Translations under genes and position numbers: made by a program
Assembly: GCF_037042905.1 (NCBI RefSeq)
Contig: NC_087261.1
Coordinates: 19,840,001-19,904,000 of the forward strand
Source: Lytechinus pictus
Taxonomy: Eukaryota
Direction: 5' to 3'
DNA length: 64,000 nucleotides
Part shown: one piece after another, positions 29,101 to 40,435 of the stretch
Layout of the letters: every line of letters begins with the position of its first letter
Position numbering within the stretch: position 1 is the first letter of the stretch
The notes under the pieces: model-generated
Databases searched by the model: none
What the model was told of the DNA's origin: nothing
Seen by the model: only the letters and a program-made list of their open reading frames with translations

Positions 29101-32100
29101 AATCACCTCCGTCGCTTACAGGTCTACATCATTTATTGATCTAGTTACGAGTTCTGCATGTGTAAGGATTAAAAGTATAAGTTTGAAGTAATATCAAGTA
29201 ATTGCGTACTGTGTACTTTGTTCACGTTTTCCCCTTCAGTCATCTTGTCACGATAGCAGATAGATAGAGCCTCTCAGGTTATAAAGTATCCCTTATTCAT
29301 ATACAGTTCGATCCTAGACTCCATTTCCAAGAAGGTCATTACGATTTGACAATGGTGAGGTACAAACATACTTTTCATCCATTTTTATGTTACCTGTTTA
29401 TTTTATTCGGTGTCCTCATTTAGTAGCCGCCATCAGTTCTCCTATCCAGATACAACGGGGTTTTATGAACCATTACATGGACATGGGATCTTCAGCTTTA
29501 CAAGGAGCCGCATCTTCACCGCAGACCCTCCAGCTTAGCCCGTTCACAGGTAGGACAAACCAATCGGAGCTTCCGCTATATAGGGTGGTAGCTTGCCAGT
29601 GCCACACTTGCAGCTTCCTCAAACAAGCCATGCTTTGTCAGATCTATGTAGCTGTTAAAACATACGCTAAAAATAATCTTCCAGCTACACCTATTAAAAT
29701 ATTGTGGGTATCAGGTTGATTCAACACCGTTGTTCTAGTGCGTCGTGGTCTAGTGGTTCTGACTCTCGCCTTTCAGAGAGTCGTGGGTTCGAATCCTACC
29801 CATTGTGTCTTTTCCTTCAGCAACAAATTTATCCACACTGTACTGCGCTCGACCCAGGTGAGTTGAATGGGTACCCGGTATGATAAACTCATTGACGCTT
29901 TATAGCGCTGATATGGCAGCTCAGCTACGGCCAGGGTAATGATAGCAACTTGCAAGCGCAGTTAAGTATATGCACGTAGTAGTCCCTATAGAACAGCGGT
30001 ATATAAATGGAGATATTATTGTTATTGTTAATACTATTCCATAGCATAGGTCTATAGGCCCGTACTTTAAAATAGGTCCTCCATTTGTGTTAATAGATTT
30101 GGATTAGACATTTCCTAACCTATTTCAGAGGTTGTGTTGTTGTTATTCCTTTTGTAAATTATGCTTTGGCAACGCCATTTGATCAAGAATTAATTGTTGT
30201 AAAATAGCATAAGTAAACAGAGGGGGGAATTGCCAAAACTATATACAACATGTGCATGGTGGTAAGAGTGGACGAGTTAACATTAATAAAAGGAGATGGT
30301 CACCATACAGTTTAGGAGTACATGTCAAGAAAAAAAATCTTAAAGCGGTCAACCCCCCCCCCCCCCTCCCCAGAAAAAAATATGAATAAAACAACAAAAT
30401 AAAAGGCAATGTTACGTCAATTTACAACCTTTCAAAATGTGCAAAACAGGAACCACCACTGTGCAGTGCAGTACAATAATTGCTTGCATATTGGGCTGGA
30501 AAGGTGTCACATATATACCATCCCCCTTCCCCTTCCGGTATCGCACATGATTTCGTCTGATACCCCTCAGATCAATGCTGCTTCTTTTCAGGAAGTAATC
30601 TTGATATTGCTATCCTTATTTTGTACAGATCCAGGTCATCTGTTCGCGTATGAGGACATGAGAGTGGACGGACTACAACCATCCAGTCCCGGTTTAGCCC
30701 ATTACGCTGTGGGCAGCCAATCAGGTAGGCTGTTCAGAAGATCAGATGACGTATAACCCTTTGACTTGTGAAATGTTTAATACCCGCATAGGCTTTGTAT
30801 AGGGACCACAAAGTTCCAATAGGCAATAGATTAATTTGATAATGTTGGTAGTTTGTGGGGGAGGTACGACCGAGATGTCGCCACAGGCTCAAGGACAAGG
30901 AGAACCCACAAGCTTTCAAACAAGTAAAATAAATTTTTAAAGAGATAAAAAGTCAGAGAATTACCTGAAGAAAATTATTGAACAAAAAATTGCTGTGTGG
31001 TGTGACTGCCTATGCATTGTGAAATTAAGGGGAGGGGGATATCATCATGGTGTAATTTGCACTCATAAACATACATCCTTTACAATTGTTTATGAAAGCA
31101 GAAGTTTCTTAATTTTTTTTTTTTTTCATTTAATCTAGCCTATACGTGGTTCCGCAAATAAAGTAATAAATTTAAATGAATATGTAATTTAATTGTCTAT
31201 TATGGCGAACAAAATGGCTACCCGGCGGACGTTATCTGAGTTTTAAAGAGAAAATCACTTTTCTAAATTGCACTAACTGCTCATCAATCTGCCTCCCAAA
31301 AGTGAAAGTCTAATCTCAATCATGGAAAAAATAATTTCTAAAACACTGTTTGCGTTTTGATAATTTCATTAAACGAATTCGTTTTCAGTGGTAGCCTCTC
31401 GTAAGGTCATTAATGCAGGCGTCTTATAAAATGCATGTAATCCATTTTCGTTGCATATTTAGAGACTGTCAATAGGCCTACAATGTCGTATTATTATTAA
31501 AAAAACTCAAACCCAAGTGAAACATCCCAGACGTTCATATCAAATTGATCCGTCACAGATAATCTCACAAGCAACTCATGGGAATGGGGGGGGGTCTTTA
31601 AGACAGCCCTATAGGGAAGATTTCCTTTTGCGACAGCCACCCAAAGTGAAAGTATATATCTTAGGGTTGGGGTTAGGGAGGCTGTCGCAAAGAAGCATTT
31701 TTTGTACTATAAATTCACAATGTGTTACCTTTTTTTGTAGTGGATACTGTGCTGTATACCAACATGCTCACCTCTACACCTTTGAAGAGAGCTGACTCCG
31801 GGATCTGCTGCACCTATTCCGTATCGCCACCCAAGCCGCATTCGCCCCGTTCTGAAACCGATCCGTCCCATGCGCAGAACACGTACGAATCCGCCATCTT
31901 CACCACGCCCGCCCTTAAATTGCAGATGCCCCCTCCTGGAAAAGAATGCATGGATACCTACGCCCCAATGAGTCCTTCGGATGGCTTCAAGTTGTCTCCT
32001 TCACCAGGTACCGTGGCCGCTTCCGAGTGGAGTTTCGTCCCTACCGAAGCGACCCCAATGGGAGGCAGGTCGCCAGCTTCTCCGGACGGAACGCTCTATG

Positions 32101-32120
32101 TTAATACCAAGCGTAATTAA
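17118..32120 (+). CDS. Nephrin-like immunoglobulin-superfamily type-I membrane receptor (~1065 aa: signal peptide, 6 Ig, FN3-like, TM, Tyr-motif tail)
   Basis: Exons 17118-17157, 18435-18648, 20993-21156, 21488-21871, 23491-23826, 24148-24447, 25115-25435, 25741-26079, 26511-26780, 27957-28079, 28640-28744, 29424-29549, 30629-30724, 31741-32120; all GT-AG, total 3198 nt in frame. Signal peptide MIWFVCLCGYLVF; V-set (LTC..LFWK..DQGDYTC); C2-type domains (C..P..W..DHG..C); TM ILLVPILVGAAIGGILCFSGGFII followed by CRKRSKK. The cytoplasmic exons 28640 and 29424 are the least certain. Confidence 0.85.
18194..18358. mobile_element. Near-perfect hairpin MITE, CACTG...CAGTG, TA flanks; second copy 35657-35809
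   Basis: Arms pair almost completely around ttcaaatttaaa. Confidence 0.85.
19118..19380 (-). mobile_element. Diverged tRNA-SINE related to the 9591 family
   Basis: Plus strand gggattcgaatccc (B box on minus), agtccggagact, taccgggtaccc core. Confidence 0.7.
20690..20969 (+). mobile_element. LINE 3' end (stem-loop + AATAAA(TTGAA)n tail) abutting an Ig exon acceptor; similar tails at ~38340-38550, ~43230-43840(-), ~54130-54270(-)
   Basis: gggtgtcccactcatcaagctttggcttttaggggcaccc hairpin, then aataaa(ttgaa)n; same architecture as the 3' end of LINE 7551-8979. Confidence 0.7.
22047..23018. mobile_element. Non-autonomous Tc1/mariner-type element with ~220-bp TIRs, TA TSD
   Basis: ta|CAGAGTGAGTCAGAAAAAATGTCCC...GGGACATTTTTTCTGACTCACTCTG|ta. 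ORFs 22056-22280(-) and 22797-23009(+) are mirror images of the two TIRs. Confidence 0.88.
29738..30030 (+). mobile_element. tRNA-derived SINE (related family)
   Basis: gtggtctagtgg A box, gggttcgaatcct B box, cccaggtgag..gaatgggtacc core, tattattgtt tail. Confidence 0.75.
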
Positions 32121-33739
32121 GTCAGAAGTATGGTCGGTTAATCCCTCTAGTGGTGCGTTGGTATTGTTTGAAGATTTATCAGGGAGTGTCAAGTTCAAAT
32201 TTATTCTAAGTATGTTTGAGGCTTACTAGAATCAGATACAGTTGAATGATCTTTCACAGAAAGCAGGTCATGTCCAATTAATAATAACAAGTATCTGTTC
32301 TGATGCATTTATATTTGGCACGTTCGCCGGCAGGTTCGACATAAATGATTGTGTGTAAATAAATACTTCAAAGCTTTGTTAATACGTTCTGCATCATGCT
32401 CATTCAGATGCCAAATCTACTACGCAATTCTGTCTGTATCAATAGAATCAACAATGAGCACTTAACTTGTAAATATGACATTTCACCAATCTTGGATAAA
32501 AGGGAATAAAATTACATGATTTTTAGGATTATGACAGCTTCATTTTGCACGATTTTCTTTTGCATATGTAATACAGATTGCACTAGCTGTGTCACACAAA
32601 ACATTGATTTGAATAATAAGGAAAAATTGGACAAGTCGCATATTACTAGGCCTACTGGAAATTAATTCAAAATCGGAGGTAAATAAAGTGGAAAGTAGGA
32701 CATATTGAATTTTTGCTCGATTTCACAAAAATATAGACACATTTATTCTTATGAAAATCATTTTTATCGCATGAAATTCAAAAAATTTTTTCATTGTAAT
32801 GTGAAACAAGAATACGTTCCTTCTGACCTCATAATGTGTAAACTCTATCGTTTCATCTTTTCGTGGTTAAACCAAGGCTTTACTTATTATCTAATTAATA
32901 AAGATTGAATACTCTATTATGTATACAATAAACAAAGAAATAGTAACATCGTCTCCTCTCTCATTTTCATGTCACGGGGATAGCTGTGCAGATAGTTGTT
33001 TTATGAAAAGTAAGCGAAATTTCACGTCATATATTTCTTATTATTCGAAGTTTTCAGCATTATCATTGTTTTATTATTCTCTATTTATTCAAATCATGTT
33101 TTTCTATCATGGACTTCACCTTAAATCTTCTTTATGTAGTTGCATAAAACTTCATACACTAGATAATCTTAAATGTGTAAATTCCTGTTCATGTATATAT
33201 TCTTTTTGATAAATAAAATATAAGGAAATCAGAATATCTTCAATTTAAAATGTTAAGATAAATATGGAAAGATCTATGTGTTTGCACTACTTTTTTCCAC
33301 ACACCCTGTACATGATATACGTGTTTATCATCATGGTGCAGTAGAGCCTAATAGTATAATATTTTTTAATGAACTTTCATAGAATGTCTATTTGTTTTTT
33401 TTATTTTATATCTATTCATTGTGCAATGTCAAAATATATTTTCGGCGAACTCGTCCTTTCACGACTGTCTTAATACAAAATAATTTCCAATTCCTTGGTT
33501 TACTTGTGATTGAAATTGCTGTAGTGCATAAAAAGAATGATATTACAATAATATATTTCCAACGTATACATGTTGAATATTGAAATGCACTTTTTCTCTG
33601 TCACATTTTATATGATTTGAGTTGGACCCGATACATGTACTTAGTCTATAGTTCTCAAAGTCGATGTTATTGAAATACTGGAGCCATATCAGTAGAGCAA
33701 AAACTCTGGTGTTGATTTAACACCAGCCCGGAATCTATA

Positions 33740-35123
33740 CAGTGCGTATCAAAAAAAAACGGGACAGATTTGAAAAGCCTATAAAATTTTAGTTTCAAAT
33801 TATTATGTCTATATTTTGGTGTTAATCTGTGCTCTAAGGTCTTGTCTTTCAAATGCTATTAAAAAAAATTAGTTTTGTTCATGCTTGAGCGAACACGGGA
33901 CGTTTTTGTTGGGGGTTCAAAAAGAGGCTTGCGCCAGAATTGCAGAATATGAGTAATATGATGATCGGACTTCTTGCTAATTAGCAGACTTCCTCTTAAA
34001 CTTTTCATTATCTTTGCCATAATTTTCGAATCATGCGGTCAAAATTCATTTTCAGATCTATTTATTTGATTGAATTATTCTGTTATTTCTTTTTAATATG
34101 CTCTCTGTTAGCTTTGAATATTCCTTCTTAAAGCTAAAATTATTTTTTTCAACCGAATTATGGGAGAGCATGGATTTTTTATTCAAATCCTTTCATTATG
34201 TGCTACAAAGGTTATGGTGCCTTTTGAACAAAGCCACACAGATGGGCGGGCGCTCGGGGGTTGCTCCCCCCCCCCCCCCTCAATTAAAAAAAATAATGAC
34301 CAAGAAAAAAAGTGGACAGGAAATAAAAGGAAAGATAGAAAGTAAAATATGATATTATTTGCTGAATATTATGTCAAAATCTATCACAAAATTTGATATT
34401 GTAATTAAAAAAATTGGGAATATTTGCGTGCTCACTTCGCTCGCTCACAACTTTTTAATACATTTTACCCGATCTGCCATATCTAGCTCCTTCTAAATTG
34501 ACTCAATACACCATTGTCATTGAAAGACATGAATCCCTTCCTGTGTTTCCTGTCAAGCAATTAAACTTGGTCAACGAATTAATGACCCATTGAAAAATAG
34601 ATTCATGTCTTTTAAAGGTACATAACATAATTTGTTTCACATAATAAAACGATTTGAATAATCACAAGTTTTCCCAATTAATAATTCAAATCTTCTTGCT
34701 TGGGTTAACAAAAAAAAAATCTTCTTTTCTCAGTTACTTTTGAAGGAAAATTAAAAGGTAAGAGAAGTTTAAATGAAAAAACAAAATAATTCAATTAAAT
34801 AAATAACTTTGTAAATGAAATTTGACAACATAATTCGAAAATTGTGGCACAGATAATGAAAAGGTCAAGAGGAAGTCTCCTGATTAGCAAGAAGTCTGAT
34901 CATTGTATTACACATATTCTGCAATTCTGGCGCAAGCTTCTTTTTGAACCCCCAACAAAAACGTCCCGTGTTTGGTCAAGCATGAATAAAATTTATTTTT
35001 TTAAATTGCATTTCAAAGATAAGACCTTAGAGCATCTATTAACACCAAAATATAGACATCATTATTTGAAACTTAAATTTTATAGACTTTTCAAATCTGT
35101 CCCGTTTTTTTTTATACGCACTG
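33740..35123. mobile_element. Second copy of the 12884-14236 Tc1/mariner-type element (opposite internal orientation), nested in a CACTG MITE
   Basis: Same TIRs and TA flanks. It interrupts MITE 33697-35313 at a TA; an uninterrupted relative lies at 37940-38191. Confidence 0.88.
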
Positions 35124-37231
35124 TATATGTCCACCCCAGAGAAGTGTTAAACAACACCAATTTCGTTTTGGTCTAACACCACAAAGGTGTTTATACACCA
35201 ATTAGTATTAAAACAGCATCGGTTTGATTCCAAACTGGTGTTGTTTCAATACTTCTCTGGTGTGGACATAGATTCCAGGCTGGTGTTAAATCAACACCGG
35301 AGTTTTTGCAGTGCACCTATACTGTCGTACTTTGGCAAAAGGAAGCAAGTTACGAAAGTGTAATTTGTTGTAAATGAGCAATGTGTGTTCGTCATTTACA
35401 TAGGCGTCAATGCAATTTAACAGCATATATGTTCTTCATTATCTTTCCATAAAATGATAATTTCTTCCCCAAATTTTACCTGAATGTGCAACATGTAAAG
35501 GGTGTTTCAGAAACAACAATATCTCAAATTTGACCGATGTGTCATTTGCTTCCATTTGCCAAAGTTGAGCAGTATAGGCCATGTAGGCATAAACCTTGCG
35601 GGCTCAGTATTTCATCACCATGGTCATACATTTCATAGATTGTGTTTGCCCATATACACGCTAAAAATGAAGTGGTAATTTAGCACTTAATGTCCTTGTG
35701 TAGTGACTGCACTTTGAGTGCATTCAAATTTGAACTAGAAAATCAGCAAAGTGCAGTCACTATATACAAGGACATTAAGTGCTAAATTAGCACTTCATTT
35801 TTTAGGGTGTACATTGACGTCATCGCGCCGCTATCTTAGAGAATAAAGTTTTTGCTTTCCATACGTGATCGCATCTCTGACAACCCTATTTATGCGTATT
35901 CCTATATCCTCTAAGGGAGGGCGCTATGACATTATTACGTCATACGCATAAGGTCTTTACTGAGTTTTGTGTATATTAATATTCTTTAATGATTTTCCAT
36001 GGTGTATGTAGATTTGATTAATTTCAAACCACGATGAGTTTACGATTTCTTAGAAATGCTGAAGTCATGAGATGTGATCCCTGGGGACTGGGGATGTGTC
36101 CCCCTTCGAGTGCTATTTTGTATTTATTTTCTTCTCGTTTGTATAGCAGCATATGGCAGAGGGTCATCCCTAAAAGGGACTAAAATCTCATGAAATCGCG
36201 GCGCATGATAACACAGATCAGTAACATATCTTGGAAAATCTGGTTGATACTACGTCCAGCATGTCCAGTAATGAACTTTTAAAAAGAGATTATCATAATT
36301 CCAATAATGCAACCTGTTGCTAATGTTCAATTGCTTTACTCTGCCCCGATTTTTTTTCTCAGCCTAATTCACCACTGCAGTATAAGGCAGGAAATTGGAA
36401 ATGCATTGTCAGATCATTTTTTTATTATTATTATTTGACCCTATAACCTGATAAACGACTCCTGATCGAAACTTGTCATTGATAGGCCCAACGCATCCGG
36501 TTTGCTTAGATCATGTAGATTGTGTTATCAGCACATTATTGATATCCGCTGTAGCGTAATGTGTCCAAGTAAAATTTAGGGTTAGTGATTATTTTTTTCC
36601 ATCAATCCATCAAAGATTAAAACAAATTATGATATTTTTTTTATTTGTGACTATATATGCAACCAGCTTCCCCATGTACATCGTGTAATAAAAAATCAGT
36701 GAATGTTATTTCTGCAAAATAATAATAAATAAAGTTGGTTTGCATTGTACCTTAAGTATATTTTTAGTTATCATGAACCATTAAAAATTGAAATGTATGC
36801 ATTTTATATTACATAACGTACTTATGGGGCAGCTGCTCACATATGACGTCACAATTAAATCAAAAATTCAAAATCTAATAACTTTCTTAATCTTTGATGG
36901 ATTTTCCTCAAACCTTTACCAATATTTTTATTGATTTTCTGGTATTTTACAACAAACCTTTCTTCAGGGTGAACTTCCCCTTGAAGAGCATGCTCTCTGA
37001 AGAGAGTCTAATCTTCCACAAAGAAAATGGAGGATATGCAAGGTTTGAAACGCAAGAACTAAAATCTCGTGGAGGTGTCTTTTGAGCCCGGTCCTTTAAG
37101 TCAAATTCTTGTCTGATATTCGTTCAAATTAGTTTTCCTCACTTGTACATTCTCATTATATTGATGAATAAGATTGAAAATTCTGACTAAAATCATGAAA
37201 ATAAACTTGCATTTTATTAATTGGTTTGATT

Positions 37232-37930
37232 GCCTGAGTGGATGAGTGAGTGTGCCTTAATGAGCGAGTCGGTGAGTGTGTGGGAGATTGGGTAATTAAG
37301 TAGGAGTCTAGGGGTGATTGAATCGGGAGTGCGTGGGTGATCAATGACTGGGTAAGCCTATGGTTGATTGAGTGGGTGAGTTTGTTGGTGATTGAGTATA
37401 TCAGTGGGGGAATGTGGGGTAATTAATTGTTTGAGTGTGTGGGTGATCGGGTAATTCCGAAGAAGTGTAGGGGTGATTGAGTAATTCAATGCGGGAGTGT
37501 GGGATAATTGAGTGTGTGGTTGATTTGTGTAATTCAGTAGGAGTCTAGGCGTTATTGAATAATTCGGTACGGTAGTGCGTGGGTGATTGAGTAATGCAGT
37601 GTGTGGGTGAGCCTGTGGTTGCTTGAGTGGATGGCTTTGTTGGTGATTGAGTATTTCAATGGGGGTAATTGAGTGGGTGAGTGTGTGGGTGATTGGGTAA
37701 TTCAGTAGGAGTCTAGGCGTGATTGAATAATTCAGTGCGGTAGTGCGTAGGCGATCGAGTGGGTGAGCGTGAGCGTGATGTGGGTGAGTTTGTGGATGAT
37801 TAAGTATTTCAGTTTGGGGATGATTGAGTGAGTTTGTGGGTTATTGAGTATTTCGGTGGGAGAGTGTGGGGTGACTGAGTAATCCCGTGATTAAGTAATT
37901 CAGTGGATGAGTGTGTGGGTGGGTGTAGGT
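37232..37930 (+). repeat. Degenerate G/T-rich minisatellite (GGGTGATTGAGT-like units)
   Basis: Many imperfect gggtgattgagt / gagtgtgtgggt units; larger duplication taattcagtaggagtctaggcg at ~37530 and ~37698. Confidence 0.75.
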
Positions 37931-37939
37931 GTGCCGACA

Positions 37940-38191
37940 CACTGAAAAAAACTCCGGTGTTGATTAAACACCAGCCCGGATTCTATATATGTCCACACCA
38001 GAGAAGTATTGAAACAACACCAGTTTGGAATCAAGCCGATGCTGTTTTAATACTAATCATACTAATTGGTGTTGTATAAACACCTACCTGGTGTTAGACC
38101 AAAACGAAACTGGTGTTGTTTAACACTTCTCTGGTGTTGACATATATAAATTCCGGGCTGGTTTTATATCAACACCGGAGTTTTTGCAGTG
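37940..38191. mobile_element. CACTG-type MITE (empty relative of the nested 33697-35313 copy)
   Basis: cactgaaaaaaactccggtgttgat...atcaacaccggagtttttgcagtg. Confidence 0.85.
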
Positions 38192-38588
38192 TACTGGTGC
38201 TGACATTGTGTATATCACTGTTCCTGAACCTTAATTAATTTTTCAAAATGCCATAACTTACTTTATAATCAATTCTTATAACATTTTCGCCTTCATGCTT
38301 CTATTATTTCCATTTTGCTTTCACTTGCATCTTTTAGTCAATTGGTAATTAAGGGGGATCCACAATTTACAAGCTTTGCTTTTTAGTGGATCCCCCTCAT
38401 TTCCATTTATGCTCTATATTATACTGGTTTTTTTTCTGTTTTTTTTTTACGAAGTAAGAATGCCCTTCTGTAAAATTGTACTTGATTTGTATTACTTTAT
38501 ATTACTTTGTATTATGTTTTGAATGGAAATGAAATAAAGAATTGAATTGAAAAAAAAAGTATTCAGTATAAACAGTATACGACCAATC

Positions 38589-38758
38589 GGGAGCCGTTTC
38601 ATAAAGATGTTCGTTAGTTAAGAGTGACTTTAAGAACGACTGGTGATCCTTTCTTTCGCGCTAAACCATCGCCAATGAATATACCATTCACCACAAGAAG
38701 GGATCACCAGTCGTTCTTAAAGTCGCTCTTAACTTACGAACAACTTTATGAAACACCC
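38589..38758. mobile_element. Palindromic MITE (GGGTGTTTCATAAAG family)
   Basis: gtttcataaag..gactttaagaacgactggtgatcc / ggatcaccagtcgttcttaaagtc..ctttatgaaac. Confidence 0.75.
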
Positions 38759-40435
38759 ACCTGGACTGTTAACGAACCGGAGCGGGGTAAATGGAGAAGA
38801 TAATTCAAATCTATAGGCACACTCAGAAAATGAGCAATCGATTCGATATTTTGAATGGATACTAGATTCTATACTGAGAATCTGATGATTTTTAGCAAAA
38901 TTATTACATGTCTAAGCATTTGACTAAGATTATTCATTTTTGTTACAGAAACTAGTGTCTCTTCGATGTAGTTTGATAAAAATTTGAGTAACATGTCCAT
39001 GAAGTGGAACAGGAATTACATTGATACTATTGATAGATTGATATACGATCTTTTATTTAATTTCCAAATATGAATAACAAAATATACAAAGCAAACGAAA
39101 TTCTTTTTTTTTTTTAATGAACTTCTCAGGGAAACGCAGAGTATACAGCGGCCCATGGAATGAATATGATATCAACGAAAGTATTACACAACCCGTCTGC
39201 ATGTATTTAAATGTCAAATGAGAATTGTTTTTTTTTTCATATAATGAAATACAAAAGAAATAGTGAGTGGATGATGTCATCGGTCTCCTCATTTGATTTG
39301 ATTTGATTTGATTTGATTTTTTTGCATACCGACCAGGATACTGTTTTGTGAAATTAAGCAAAAATTTGAAATGTCAGAACTTTCTTATTTCTTACATCTG
39401 ATTTTGATAAATTTTCAGTGTTATGTTTGCTTGATTTTTTCTCTTTTTATTCAAACCAACATTTTGTTGGGGTGGACTTGTTCTTTAACAAACAAAACAT
39501 TTGTAAACTCGATAATTGGCTATTATACTTGGAATGAAGATATCACACTGTATAACTATACGATTACACTAAATACGTCATAACAAAGTGTAAACAAATA
39601 TATTGATTAATAAACTCCGCTAAACAATGCCATGAATTTCAAGCAAACTAATTGAGCTTAAATACGGATGGAATGTCGAATCGGGTATATTGCCATGAAA
39701 ATTGACGCACTTCATATCATATTTATATCATTATGAATTTCTTAAGCCCTGATTAAGCAGCATTCATATCGGTTTCTGATATCTAAGGAAAAAACCGACG
39801 GCACTTCTGGCTTTTGCGCTTTCGCGTTTGCTCTGATTGAAATTGCTAAATACTAATTGAGAAATGCATTCTCCGCAAAATATGCATTTATTCCTTTTTT
39901 AAAAAATCCATACATTTATTTCAGAAAATACAACCTCTAACTAAGCTCTGATGAATTATCATCATCACATAGGCCTACACATTCCTATGCAGATCATCTA
40001 TCACAAATTTGTCACAATAACAAGTCAACGTCACTTGACCATTTTGACGCTGGTTTCAATATTTGCACATAACCAAACCGGTATAAAAATTTGTGTAAAT
40101 ATATGTTATATGATTTGACATAGTCCAAATGGACAAAAGAAATATTCGAATATAGTATGCGGGAGGACCTATTTTAAATGTGTAGGCAAATACTCAGAAT
40201 GTGATAATGTAAACCTCTTGGTGTGATGATAATGCCCAAAAAAGGAGTTCTAATATAATTTTCCTTACAAGTACTTTAATTCCTCATTTAGCATTCATTT
40301 TCGCTTTCTTCTGATTCTCTGTCTCCTTTTCTCTTTTAATAACTGTAACCCCTTGCCATGTGTAATACAGTTGAGCAGGATAAGACTATAATAGATATGT
40401 TTTGGATGAGTAAAATGTCTTTCCTTATGATATGC

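Noticed and set aside
29278-29354. Possible extra cytoplasmic exon (GYKVSLIHIQFDPRLHFQEGHYDLTM|gtgagg)
   Set aside because: It ends in phase 0 and is incompatible with the phase-1 acceptor at 29424 unless a weaker acceptor (29449) is used; unsupported without RNA data.
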